A stretch of DNA of 64,000 nucleotides from a bacterium (GTDB lineage Bacteria; Bacteroidota; Rhodothermia; Balneolales; M1805), in contig SBGQ01000068.1 in the NCBI GenBank assembly GCA_006226965.1, positions 4,445-68,444 of the forward strand. Direction: 5' to 3'. Shown here one piece after another: positions 1 to 9,892 of the stretch. Under the pieces are notes generated by a model. The model was given only the letters and a program-made list of their open reading frames with translations. It searched no databases and was not told the origin of the DNA. How positions within the stretch are numbered: position 1 is the stretch's first letter; each line of letters opens with the position of its first letter. Both the position numbers and the translations under genes were made by a program.

Positions 1-363
1 CTGGCTGAGTCTTATCAACAGAAAATAAGAATTCAGGTAATTGATAAAACCAAGGTGTACAATGAAGTAAGTGCAGAACCCGACGATGCTTTTCTGAAAG
101 TGTGGTTGCACCAGACTGAACATCGACTTAACAAAATTCCTTTATTTCACGTTGGCTTAAGTACAGAATTATATAACGATGAACACGGTGAAAACGAATG
201 TATCACCGATTATATAAGCAATTATAACTCCATCGATTCCGGTGTTTTGTTGGCACTACAACAATTAGGAAAGAAAACAGATTGGGAACTCATCGAACAT
301 TGGCGAGAATTGGCCGGGGCACTTTCTTTATTACCTGATTTTGGAAGCGGAGTCAGTTTATGA
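1..363 (+). CDS. 3' end of an ORF running off the left edge; probably RecC (exodeoxyribonuclease V gamma chain), assigned by position
   Basis: Frame 1 is open from base 1 (LAESYQQKIRIQ...) to TGA at 361-363. The stop overlaps the recB ATG (ATGA at 360-363). The assignment rests on the recC-recB-recD order, not on recognised motifs. Confidence 0.45.
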   Translation: MAESYQQKIRIQVIDKTKVYNEVSAEPDDAFLKVWLHQTEHRLNKIPLFHVGLSTELYNDEHGENECITDYISNYNSIDSGVLLALQQLGKKTDWELIEHWRELAGALSLLPDFGSGVSL

Positions 364-3300
364 GTATTAAAGCATTGAATTTGTTAACTCATAAACCCGG
401 TGGTATTCATACAATTGAAGCCAGTGCCGGAACAGGCAAAACATATACTATTAAAGTGTTGTTTTTAAAAGCGCTTATTGAATTGTGGAAGAAGCAATCT
501 GGTCTGGGAATCGGTAATATTTTAGTGGTAACATTTACAGAAGCTGCTACCAAAGAATTGCGTTTCAGAATTCGTGAGATTTTGACAGAGTATTACGAAT
601 GGCTTGAAACAGGAACTGTAATTCAACCGGAAAACCATGATTTAATCCCGTTTTTTGAAGAGATTGAGTTTCAAGAAATGGATAAAATTGCTTTTAAGTT
701 ATTTCTTAAAAACGAACTCAAAAATCCGGATGAAGCCTCGATTTACACCATTCACGGATTTTGCAGAACGGTGATGAGTGAATACCCGTTTGAATGCGGA
801 ATTACAGGAAACGTCGATATTTCCAACGATTTAGAAGAAACGTTTGAAGAGTTTGTAATAGAAGAATGGCGTACACTTATTCGCTCAACATCATTTGCAA
901 ACCATGCAATCGAAATAAGTTTAAACTCTCCGGATGATGTAATTCAAACTTATGGGCAGTATATCAAAAGTCAGGGTAAAATTGCGGCAGAGGCTTCAAT
1001 TAAAGATGATTTGAATCAGGCTCATGAACGTTTAAATGCTGCAAAATCAGCCATAATAAACCGGTTTAGTCCACAAGATTTGGAACGCTTGGTTTTGGTG
1101 ATTTTCTCGAATGAGAATCTACTAAAGAGTGTATATAAATTCGATTCTTGGATGAGTGTTGCAAACGGATTGATCAACACTGTTCATCAAGCACATTCAT
1201 TTTCTTTGTTTTCTAAAGCTGAAAACTTAACTCGAGATAAAATTGAAAGCAGTTTAAAAAAGAATACTTCTTTTACGAGTACAGCTGAATTAAATGAATT
1301 TTTCGATTTGTATGAGGAGTTGTACACACTGCTACGTTTTGTTCAAGAGCAAAATAAATCACTTATTGCTCATTTTTTGCACGAGCTTCAGGTAAAATGG
1401 CAGGGTTTAAAACAAGAAAAAGCCTTGTTTGGATTTGATGATCTACTTAAAACGGTAAATGAAGCCGTGAATTCGAATGCAGATTTAGTGAAGCAATTGC
1501 AAACGGATTATCCGTTTGCGTTTATTGATGAATTTCAGGATACCGATCCCATTCAGTTCAGTATTTTTGAGCAAGTTTACCTCAACGATTCTACTGCGGT
1601 TGATGGCTTGTACATGATCGGCGACCCCAAACAAAGTATTTACAGTTTTAGAAACGCTGATTTAAACACGTATTTATATGCCAAAAATAAAGCTCAGGAA
1701 ACGTTCGAGTTAACTACCAATTACCGCTCGGTTGAATCCGTTGTAGAGTCTGTAAATCAATTTTACGGACTTGCTGACAGACCATTCATTAATCAGGGAA
1801 TTGAGTTCCGACGTGTGAACAGCAAAAAAAGGGGGAGATTAATTGGTGATGAGTCATTCACGAAACCCATGCTCGCTGTTTTTCAATCTGATGAGTTCGG
1901 TGGTTCAAATAAGTCCATAGCAGAACGTACAGCAATCAGGAAGACAATTGAAATCGTACAATACTACTTGAATGGGGCACTTCAATTCGAAGATGCAGAC
2001 GGACTAATACATGACATCAAACCAAAAGATCTGGCGATTTTAGTTAAAACCAATACACATGCCGATAATGTTTATAAAAGTCTTAGAAAAGCTCAGATTC
2101 CGGCTGTAATTTATTCTAAGAAATCGGTGTTTAACAGTAATGAAGCTCATCTTTTCAGTATTCTTTTGCAGGCAATATTAAGCGCCAATCGTTTTGAATA
2201 CATCAAATCGTCTTTATTGACTTCGTTGTTTTCATTTACACTACGGGACTTAGATCTCATAGAAAATGACGAAGATGAATTATTGAGAATACAGTCTTAT
2301 TTCTTGGAAGCCAGAAGTTTATGGAACGGAAAAGGTGTTGCGGCTGCGATAAGTTTTATCGTAAATCAGTTTAATTGTCAGCGATATTTGTTAGAGTTGG
2401 GTGATGGAGAGCGAAGCATCGCAAACTGGATGCATATGTTAGATTTAGCCGGAAAGTTTGAACGAGAATCGCGTAGAAATCCACAAAAAACATGGCATTA
2501 TATCCAGCAGAAGATTGCAAAAGCTGCCGAAAATGATTCATCAGGTAATGAGGAAGAATTACTGCGTTTAGAAAGTGATGATGACAAAGTTAAGATTGTT
2601 ACCATTCACAGCTCCAAAGGTTTGGAATATCCAATCGTGATTCAGCCCTTTGCTTGGGGACGCAAAAATCTTCCTACTCATGCGCAAAATAAACAAGTGT
2701 TTACGTATTCCGGTTTAAATGAACAAGGAACACCGGAAATTCAACTAATTCTTAATGATAATCATCCCTTATTGAACGGCGTTTCAGTTAAAAATGCGAA
2801 TGCACATGCTAATGAAGAGGAAGAAGCCAGACAGTTTTATGTTGCATTAACTCGTGCAAAATGGCAGAATGTGCTGATTATACCGGAGAATAATTCGATT
2901 ATAAGCGATTCTTTACCGTTCTCTATGTTGGAAAAATGGGCGTTCTCCGTTTTGGAAACTCCGGTTTTAAAGATTGACGGAAAAAAATCTAAAACGGATG
3001 GATATGGAAGTATCAGAGCTTCGTTAAATCAATTAGAAATTTCTCAACCGAATGTATTTGCTTGTATTGATGCACTTCCACAGATTAATTTCTTGTCCGT
3101 TAAAAAAGAAACTCAGGCTATTAATGAACCCAAACAGGTCGTTTTTTCGAATCTTAAACCTGATTTCCAAACCACAAGTTATTCAGGAATGGTTCATGGA
3201 TTAAGTCACGGGTCAATAAATGAAGACGAGTTTCACGAAACGGCAGAAATCAAAAAGCCTAAGCAAGATATCGTTTCGAAACTAACAATTAAGGCCGGAG

Positions 3301-3983
3301 CTGAAATAGGAAATGTCATTCACAACACCTTGGAAAAGATTCAATCCGCTGATGAAACACATGTCAAACAATTAGTGATAAGTGAGATTAATCAACAGGG
3401 ATACAATGACTTATTTGATAATAGTATTGATTTGATATCTTCATGGATTCATGAAATTTACACAACAGAGTGTACCATTTTTGAGTCAGACACAATCAGT
3501 TTACAAACTATACCGGCTCATCATCAAAAGCGTGAAATGGAGTTTCATTTAAAGTCCGGTGAGTTTGATGTTCAAACAATAGTATCAACATTAAGAGGAG
3601 AGTCGGATTACTCCTTACTTATACAGGACGGGTTTATAAAAGGGTTTATGGACTTGGTTTTTGTGCACAAAGGCCAATTTTACCTGATGGATTATAAGTC
3701 GAATTATTTAGGTGATAATTTGAGGGATTATGCGCTCCAAAGCTTAGAAAGGGCAATGATAAACTCGAATTATGATGTCCAAATGGCGATTTACACCTTA
3801 GCACTACATCAATATTTAAAGAATACGATTCAAGATTATTCGTACGAAATTCATTTTGGGGGTATGTTGTATTGGTTTGTCCGCGGTATTGAAGCTCCAA
3901 ATAAAGGTTTGTATTTCCATAAACTGGATTATAAAGAAGTGGTACTGCTAGAGGAAAAGTTGCTAAACGGAGGGTTAAAATGA
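360..3983 (+). CDS. recB: RecB, exodeoxyribonuclease V beta chain (UvrD-type helicase plus C-terminal PD-(D/E)XK nuclease)
   Basis: 1207 aa. Walker A is EASAGTGKTYT. Other helicase motifs: DEFQDTDP, GDPKQSIYSFR, TNYRS, TIHSSKGLEY. The C-terminal nuclease motif is GFMDLVF...FYLMDYKSNYLG. ATGA overlaps occur at both ends. Confidence 0.9.
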   Translation: MSIKALNLLTHKPGGIHTIEASAGTGKTYTIKVLFLKALIELWKKQSGLGIGNILVVTFTEAATKELRFRIREILTEYYEWLETGTVIQPENHDLIPFFEEIEFQEMDKIAFKLFLKNELKNPDEASIYTIHGFCRTVMSEYPFECGITGNVDISNDLEETFEEFVIEEWRTLIRSTSFANHAIEISLNSPDDVIQTYGQYIKSQGKIAAEASIKDDLNQAHERLNAAKSAIINRFSPQDLERLVLVIFSNENLLKSVYKFDSWMSVANGLINTVHQAHSFSLFSKAENLTRDKIESSLKKNTSFTSTAELNEFFDLYEELYTLLRFVQEQNKSLIAHFLHELQVKWQGLKQEKALFGFDDLLKTVNEAVNSNADLVKQLQTDYPFAFIDEFQDTDPIQFSIFEQVYLNDSTAVDGLYMIGDPKQSIYSFRNADLNTYLYAKNKAQETFELTTNYRSVESVVESVNQFYGLADRPFINQGIEFRRVNSKKRGRLIGDESFTKPMLAVFQSDEFGGSNKSIAERTAIRKTIEIVQYYLNGALQFEDADGLIHDIKPKDLAILVKTNTHADNVYKSLRKAQIPAVIYSKKSVFNSNEAHLFSILLQAILSANRFEYIKSSLLTSLFSFTLRDLDLIENDEDELLRIQSYFLEARSLWNGKGVAAAISFIVNQFNCQRYLLELGDGERSIANWMHMLDLAGKFERESRRNPQKTWHYIQQKIAKAAENDSSGNEEELLRLESDDDKVKIVTIHSSKGLEYPIVIQPFAWGRKNLPTHAQNKQVFTYSGLNEQGTPEIQLILNDNHPLLNGVSVKNANAHANEEEEARQFYVALTRAKWQNVLIIPENNSIISDSLPFSMLEKWAFSVLETPVLKIDGKKSKTDGYGSIRASLNQLEISQPNVFACIDALPQINFLSVKKETQAINEPKQVVFSNLKPDFQTTSYSGMVHGLSHGSINEDEFHETAEIKKPKQDIVSKLTIKAGAEIGNVIHNTLEKIQSADETHVKQLVISEINQQGYNDLFDNSIDLISSWIHEIYTTECTIFESDTISLQTIPAHHQKREMEFHLKSGEFDVQTIVSTLRGESDYSLLIQDGFIKGFMDLVFVHKGQFYLMDYKSNYLGDNLRDYALQSLERAMINSNYDVQMAIYTLALHQYLKNTIQDYSYEIHFGGMLYWFVRGIEAPNKGLYFHKLDYKEVVLLEEKLLNGGLK

Positions 3984-5674
3984 TTGATTGGAATCAGTTA
4001 GCTGAGGAAGAAATTATAAGCCCGGTTTTAGTGCAAATGGCTCAAACTTCAAAAATTATAGAAGACCAAGTTGCCGTGTTTTTAGCTTTTAAGGCTTTAG
4101 AAAGTGGAAATACCGTTTTTTCTAAGAAAGATTATCCGCACTATTTACCGGCGGTTTCATGGGAGAAATCTTCATTAATTGGTTCGCCGACAGATGAAAA
4201 GCCAATTAAGAAATTAGATGAAACTCGATTTCAGATTCAGAGATTATGGGTACAAGAGCAAGGAATAAAGGCTTTTTTGAATCAAACATCGGATTTTATA
4301 TCTGGCATTGAGCCTGATGTACCTTTCATAAAACAGATTGTAGGTGAACATGATTCACTTTCTGTTCAGGCGAAAGCAATGCAGGCGATTTTGAATGAAC
4401 GAATCGTGATTTTAACAGGTGGTCCTGGAACAGGAAAAACATTTACTATTGTTCGATTGTTGGCATCGCTTATTCATCATTTCACATTAAATAAAAACTC
4501 GATTGCATTAACAGCGCCAACCGGAAAAGCCGCAGCTAGAATGTTGGAATCCATACATTCATCACTAGTAGATTTACCTGTTGATGAAGCCTTTAAAGCG
4601 CAATTTCCTAATGAGGCTTTTACTATCCATCGTTTACTAGGGATCACCAACAATGCACTTCAATCGACCTATAATAAAAAAAATCGGTTGCCATTTGATT
4701 GTGTGATTGTAGATGAAAGCTCCATGTTGGATGTGAACTTGTTTTATGCATTGACTCAAGCGCTAAAACCAAATACAAAACTCGTTTTGGTAGGAGATAG
4801 TGACCAATTGCCATCAGTTGAGGCCGGTTTTATATTAGCGGATTTATGTTCGTATGGTGATGATGTTCAGGTTGTATTATCTGATTCCAAAGGGCAAACA
4901 GATTTATTTACTTCGGAGAAACCGGATAATAAATGTGCAACGATAAAACGTATTCATTTATCGAAATCACACCGATTCAGTGAAAAAAGTTCTATTGGGA
5001 TACTTGCAAAAAAAGTAAATCAACAGGAAGCAGATACACTTTTAGAAACGTTTCAATTAGATGATTTAAACTGGATTTCGGTTAATAATATCGCTGAGAT
5101 GAATAAGGCTGTGAAACAATGGTATCAACAGCATCTGGAAAAATTACAATCCGCAAACTCTGAAAAAGAGTTGTTTTCTGTTTTAAGGGAGCAAATGATA
5201 ATTAGTGGTTTACGAGTTGGCTCTTGGGGAAGCGAAGGCATAAATCAATTGTTTTCGCGCGAATTTGAACGATTGGGCAAAGGCAGTAAACATGGTTTCC
5301 CGATAATAATTAACACAAACAGTTATTCTCATCAGTTGTTTAACTCAGATATCGGCGTTTATGTAGAAAAAGAATCCACGAATAAAATCGTATTTGAAGA
5401 ACGCTTAGGGGTTTATCGAAGATTTAATCCGGGAGTTATTCAAACTATTATAGATCCGGCATTTGCCATGACCGTGCATAAGTCTCAAGGTTCTGAGTAC
5501 GATCATATTATGCTCGTTTTGCCGGAAAAAGATGAAAACAGATTATTAAGTAAAGAGTTGATATATACAGCCATCACAAGAGCCAAAAAAACGTTCACAT
5601 TGGTTTCTAATAAAGATATTTTTGTAAAAGCTGTAAAGACGTTAAATAAAAGAGAAACAGGATTGAGAGCTTAA
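3980..5674 (+). CDS. recD: RecD, exodeoxyribonuclease V alpha chain (SF1 5'-3' helicase)
   Basis: 564 aa. Motifs: GGPGTGKTFT (Walker A), VIVDESSMLD, LVLVGDSDQLPSVEAG, AMTVHKSQGSEYD, YTAITRAKK. The start overlaps the recB stop (ATGA). Confidence 0.9.
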   Translation: MIDWNQLAEEEIISPVLVQMAQTSKIIEDQVAVFLAFKALESGNTVFSKKDYPHYLPAVSWEKSSLIGSPTDEKPIKKLDETRFQIQRLWVQEQGIKAFLNQTSDFISGIEPDVPFIKQIVGEHDSLSVQAKAMQAILNERIVILTGGPGTGKTFTIVRLLASLIHHFTLNKNSIALTAPTGKAAARMLESIHSSLVDLPVDEAFKAQFPNEAFTIHRLLGITNNALQSTYNKKNRLPFDCVIVDESSMLDVNLFYALTQALKPNTKLVLVGDSDQLPSVEAGFILADLCSYGDDVQVVLSDSKGQTDLFTSEKPDNKCATIKRIHLSKSHRFSEKSSIGILAKKVNQQEADTLLETFQLDDLNWISVNNIAEMNKAVKQWYQQHLEKLQSANSEKELFSVLREQMIISGLRVGSWGSEGINQLFSREFERLGKGSKHGFPIIINTNSYSHQLFNSDIGVYVEKESTNKIVFEERLGVYRRFNPGVIQTIIDPAFAMTVHKSQGSEYDHIMLVLPEKDENRLLSKELIYTAITRAKKTFTLVSNKDIFVKAVKTLNKRETGLRA

Positions 5675-5744
5675 ACCTAAGCTATTGCTTGTGTTTTGCA
5701 ACATATCTGTACCTTTACAACGAAAATCAAAATTTTGGAGGTTT

Positions 5745-6440
5745 ATGAAAAATGGATTGCTGATTTTAAGTATAGTGTTAATTTCACAACAAGCAATGTT
5801 AGCGCAAGAAAAACAAGATTCAACGAATTATTTACCCGGTGATAATGAACTTATAATTATGCCATCGGCAAGAGTAATGCCTAAAGGGAGTATGTACTTT
5901 TCCGCTTATCAGATTGTATTAATGAATTTTGGTTATTCAATTACAAATACAACACAAATTGGTGTACTATCAGTTTTCCCAATTAATGCTGATTTGATTT
6001 CCGATACATTTACTTTGGGTATAAAACAGCAAATATGGAAAAGAGATGAAAAGTATTTTATTTCAATTAGCAGTTTTATGAATCCTGGAACAGATTTAGC
6101 CGGCTTTTCAGTTCAAAGTTCGAATTTATTTCAAGATGCTAAAATGCAGGTTCACTTAAACGTGGGTTGGCTATTTGATTATACAAATACAAGTAATAAT
6201 GCCATGCTTAATGGTTTGGGTATTCAGTATAATTTTTCTAAAAAAACAGCATTCATCGGAGAAGTGTTATCTGCATCGAATAGTAGTCTAAATTTGAAAG
6301 AATCTATAGAATTTATGACTGTTGGCATACGATGGCGTTCCGATTATATCATGTTTGAAGTTGCTGGTTTTCGCCCACTCGAAGCTGGAACAGGTGATTT
6401 AATTTTATGGCCATTACTAAAAGGAATGGTATTATTTTAA
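5745..6440 (+). CDS. Hypothetical secreted or outer-membrane protein
   Basis: The internal ATG at 5745 gives a signal peptide, MKNGLLILSIVLISQQAMLAQE. The rest is rich in Tyr/Gly/Asn with alternating hydrophobic residues and ends in ...GMVLF (aromatic terminus typical of beta-barrel outer-membrane proteins). No family recognised. Confidence 0.5.
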   Translation: MKNGLLILSIVLISQQAMLAQEKQDSTNYLPGDNELIIMPSARVMPKGSMYFSAYQIVLMNFGYSITNTTQIGVLSVFPINADLISDTFTLGIKQQIWKRDEKYFISISSFMNPGTDLAGFSVQSSNLFQDAKMQVHLNVGWLFDYTNTSNNAMLNGLGIQYNFSKKTAFIGEVLSASNSSLNLKESIEFMTVGIRWRSDYIMFEVAGFRPLEAGTGDLILWPLLKGMVLF

Positions 6441-6463
6441 AAGAGTACATTACTGATTAAGTG

Positions 6464-6496
6464 AAAAGCCCTCCGGTAAAACTGGAGGGCTTTTTC
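6464..6496. terminator. Bidirectional Rho-independent terminator between convergent genes
   Basis: AAAAGCCCTCC-ggtaaaact-GGAGGGCTTTT, flanked by an A-run and a T-run. Confidence 0.65.
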
Positions 6497-6500
6497 GTTT

Positions 6501-7880
6501 TTATACTTTAACACTTGCCCATTTGCCTTTAGCAAAGAAATACCAAGCTAAGAGTGCAATCATCGTTTCAGCAAGTGGAATGGCTATAAAAACTCCCATT
6601 ACTTCTAAAGATGTGTGCATGGAAAGGGTGTAGGCTAAAGGAACTTGAAATAACCAGAAAGAAAACAAGTTTATCCAAGTCGGAGTTTTTGTATCACCTG
6701 CACCGTTTAATGCTTGAACCATCACCATTCCTACTCCATAAAAAATGTAACCGTAACCAAAAATTTGGAGTGCCTGAATACCAAACTGAATAACGATTTC
6801 ATCGTTTGTGAAAAAACGAATGATAGGTTCACTGAAAAACACAAACAGAAGCATTACGAAACACATAAATATTCCGCTGTATTTAGCTGTTAAGTACACA
6901 CTTTGTTTTGCACGTTCAATTTTATTTGCACCTAAGTTCTGCCCGACTAATGTTGCCGCTGCATTTGAAATTCCCCACGCAGGTAAAAGGAAGAACATAG
7001 CATTCCGAATGGCAATTTGATAGCCGGCAAGTGCTGAAGTTCCACCGGATTCAGCAACTAATCTCGCTAAAACAATCCAGCTACCGCTTGCTACTAAAAA
7101 TTGAAGCGTTGCTGGCCAGGAGATATTAAAGAGAGATTTTATTATGGTTTTATCAGGTATAAAATGGTGAAGAACGATTTTAAACGTATGTTTTCCATAA
7201 AAGAGATGATACGATTGGTACAGAACTCCGCTTGTTCTACCTATAACTGTTGCAATCGCAGCGCCTTTTAATCCCCAAAAATGGATTAAAATCGGATCTA
7301 ATATTATGTTGATAATACTGCCGATCCATAAACTGCGCATGGCAATTGCTGCATTTCCAATACCTCTGAAAATCCCGTTAATCAAGAAAATCAGAATTAC
7401 GGAAAAGCTCCCTGCGAACATTATTCGGGTAAATATGGCTCCATCTGCCACAACTTCAGCTGACGCACCCATTGCACTTAAAATCCATTCAGCATGATAT
7501 GCTCCAAAAATGCTGATGATTATTGTAATTGAAAGGGCAACAAGTAAAACCTGAGCACCCGTTTTAGCGGCTAAATCAGGATTTTTTTCACCAACACGTC
7601 TGGCTACCATTGCAGTTGCAGCGGTGCTTAAGCCAATTGCCAACGAGTACACAATGGTAATAACAGATTCGGTTAAACCAACTGTTGCTATTGCATTTTC
7701 ACCTAACTTGCTGACAAAAAAGATGTCAACAATAGCAAAAACACTTTCTAAGCTAAGCTCTAAAATCATTGGAATGGCTAAAAGAACTACTGCTTTTGGA
7801 ATAGAAACTTCTGTAAAATCGATGGATTCATCACCAACTACAGCTTGTTTAATAAGTTTGAATACTTTTTTAAAAGACAT
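6501..7880 (-). CDS. MATE family multidrug/sodium efflux transporter
   Basis: 459 aa with about 12 predicted TM helices. The N-terminus (PMILELSLESVFAIVDIFFVSKLG) and an internal duplication are typical of NorM/DinF-type MATE proteins. Confidence 0.85.
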   Translation of the reverse strand: MSFKKVFKLIKQAVVGDESIDFTEVSIPKAVVLLAIPMILELSLESVFAIVDIFFVSKLGENAIATVGLTESVITIVYSLAIGLSTAATAMVARRVGEKNPDLAAKTGAQVLLVALSITIIISIFGAYHAEWILSAMGASAEVVADGAIFTRIMFAGSFSVILIFLINGIFRGIGNAAIAMRSLWIGSIINIILDPILIHFWGLKGAAIATVIGRTSGVLYQSYHLFYGKHTFKIVLHHFIPDKTIIKSLFNISWPATLQFLVASGSWIVLARLVAESGGTSALAGYQIAIRNAMFFLLPAWGISNAAATLVGQNLGANKIERAKQSVYLTAKYSGIFMCFVMLLFVFFSEPIIRFFTNDEIVIQFGIQALQIFGYGYIFYGVGMVMVQALNGAGDTKTPTWINLFSFWLFQVPLAYTLSMHTSLEVMGVFIAIPLAETMIALLAWYFFAKGKWASVKV

Positions 7881-8509
7881 TGTTATTGAGATTGACGCTC
7901 ACTGTAAGCGTAAATTAAATAGTAAAAATATGTATAGAACCCAATATTGAGTTATAATATCATAGATAGTAGAGGATACTATCTAATCGCCCAACTTTAC
8001 CTAGCGATGATAAAATCAGTTCAAACGTAAATAAGATGTGCTCAGACTTAGCCGAGCTAAGCTACAATTTTCATATTCATATATTGATTGGCGCAAGGAT
8101 ACGACAAACTATTTATACAGCGCAACATAAAATTGATGAATTGTTTAAATGTTGACAATTCTGTGTATTCATACAGAATGATTAGTCCATGTAATTTTTG
8201 TTGTTTAATGAATCAGTTGGATTTGAATATCGCACATCATAGTAATTATAAGATTCATGATGTATTGATTACTTTTTCTAGTCACTATTGGCATATAATG
8301 GCGAATTTTTATTCAAGTATAATGTCTTATAATGATGTTATTTATCAAAATCTGGTAGAATTGTTAAAGGGGTGATGATGGTTGAGGTTCATAATAAGAC
8401 TCTTAAAATCAGGTTGGATGATTTAACGTATATGAGTTTTCGTTCTCTGAAATAAAAAAAAGCAACGTGAATTTCAGAAAACTGCAAGTGTTAATTATGC
8501 TAAAAAGAA

Positions 8510-8542
8510 AAGGCGAGTTGAAAACCAACTCGCCTTTTCTTT
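8510..8542 (-). terminator. Rho-independent terminator of the cytochrome b gene
   Basis: GGCGAGTTG-aaaac-CAACTCGCC, followed on the minus strand by TTTTCTTTTT, directly after the stop at 8543. Confidence 0.65.
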
Positions 8543-9286
8543 TTAATCATCATCGTCGTCGTCATCATCATCATCATCGTTTTTTTTGTTTGCCGACGAT
8601 TCAGATTTAGCCTTTTTTGTTTGTTCTATTTTGGGGCCTTCATGCTCATTTTCTTCTATTGGAGCAAAATTGAAGGCATACCAGAAAGCTGTTATCGGGA
8701 TGAGTAACCATAAAATGTTGAATACTTTGTGGAATCCGGTTTCGATAGTTGGTTCTGCACTCACATTCTTAGTTCCTGTAAACATAGAAGTAATGGTTCC
8801 ATCAGTTGGATGTACAAAACGATCAACAACCAGTCCAATTAAGTGGAATACAACGAGAAATAAAAATACGTGAGAGAAGATTTCATGAACTTCTTCCCAA
8901 AAATGTTCATCATACATTCCCGTTGCTTCAGATTGATATAAGAAATAACCGGATGTGCCGGTAATAACGGCAGATAACAAAATCCCAATCATGGCATAAG
9001 AAGCAAGAGGATTGTGTCCTACATATTCATTTTTACCATTCCACATGGTTTTTAAGTAGGAAATGGCTTTTACCGGCGACAAAGGGAAGTCTTTGAAATG
9101 AGCATATTTGCCTCCAATAAAACCGTAAATGAGTCTCATAAAAGCAATTGACGCAGCCATTGCTCCCATGCCGTAGTGCATATTTTCGTTCAAGTGATTT
9201 TCACCGGATATATAGGCCATTAAAAATCCTATTGCCAATAACCAGTGCGATATCCTAATGGTAAGATTCCAAACGTTAGTTTTCAT
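8543..9286 (-). CDS. Cytochrome b561 / Ni-Fe-hydrogenase b-type cytochrome family membrane protein with a C-terminal poly-Asp tail
   Basis: 247 aa. The N-terminus WNLTIRISHWLLAIGFLMAYISG and conserved His residues in TM helices (HW.., HNPLASY, HVFLFLVVFH) fit the PF01292-type fold. An extra C-terminal TM helix is followed by KKNDDDDDDDDDDD. Confidence 0.7.
   Translation of the reverse strand: MKTNVWNLTIRISHWLLAIGFLMAYISGENHLNENMHYGMGAMAASIAFMRLIYGFIGGKYAHFKDFPLSPVKAISYLKTMWNGKNEYVGHNPLASYAMIGILLSAVITGTSGYFLYQSEATGMYDEHFWEEVHEIFSHVFLFLVVFHLIGLVVDRFVHPTDGTITSMFTGTKNVSAEPTIETGFHKVFNILWLLIPITAFWYAFNFAPIEENEHEGPKIEQTKKAKSESSANKKNDDDDDDDDDDD
8546..8578 (-). repeat. (GAT/GAC)x11 trinucleotide tract encoding Asp11 at the C-terminus
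   Basis: The plus strand reads ATCATCATCGTCGTCGTCATCATCATCATCATC immediately before the stop codon. Confidence 0.9.
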
Positions 9287-9334
9287 AATATAATTTGATT
9301 GATTTGAATGTTAGATGTTAAACGTGATATCAAA

Positions 9335-9721
9335 TCAAACTTGTGGTGGATGCCAGATTGAGAAATGAAATATAAAATCGTATTCAGATACGGGTTGGAG
9401 CTCTAATTCTGTAAACGGAATAGGAGAATACATCTGGTTTGTACTATCAATATTGTGATGAATGGCAGTGAAAGATTGCCAGATTTTTAAAGTAGGAATA
9501 GATCTAAATGGTAGATTAGCATCAGTTTCACTGTCAGCGTCTTGTGTTAATTCATCTACATAATGCTGATAGGTAAATTCCCAAATGCTTAAATCGGGAT
9601 AGCTTGTTTGATGGGTTTCATAATGTGAAATAAAAACAGGAACTCTCAAAAATTGACGAACCTCAGTAAAGCTTATCAAAAAGCTAAAAAGAAGAATAAG
9701 ATGAATTGTTTTTTTGAACAT
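9335..9721 (-). CDS. Hypothetical secreted protein
   Basis: The ORF is open to 9769. The ATG at 9721 gives a signal-like N-terminus, MFKKTIHLILLFSFLISF. His-rich motifs (HYETHQ, HHNID, HFSIWHPP). It lies 48 bp upstream of the cytochrome b gene on the same strand. No family recognised. Confidence 0.45.
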   Translation of the reverse strand: MFKKTIHLILLFSFLISFTEVRQFLRVPVFISHYETHQTSYPDLSIWEFTYQHYVDELTQDADSETDANLPFRSIPTLKIWQSFTAIHHNIDSTNQMYSPIPFTELELQPVSEYDFIFHFSIWHPPQV

Positions 9722-9892
9722 GTGTTTCAGAGAATTATTTAAATGTACTTGATGCCGAAATAAATTCAACCATTCGCCAGAGAATAAAAATTTTCAAAGT
9801 GGAATTGTTTGTATGAACGAACAGGTCTATCTTATAAACGATAGGTACTTATGTGAATGTAGAGTCAATTTTAATTAATAAACCGAAGCATT

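Noticed and set aside
6611-7950. Four plus-strand ORFs (6611-6793, 6808-7020, 7306-7497, 7624-7950)
   Set aside because: All lie antisense within or overlapping the well-supported MATE transporter gene. They are typical shadow ORFs.
8088-8375. 95-aa ORF in the large AT-rich gap
   Set aside because: Its composition is rich in Asn/Ile/Tyr/Cys as expected from random AT-rich DNA. It has no signal or domain features and no ribosome-binding context.
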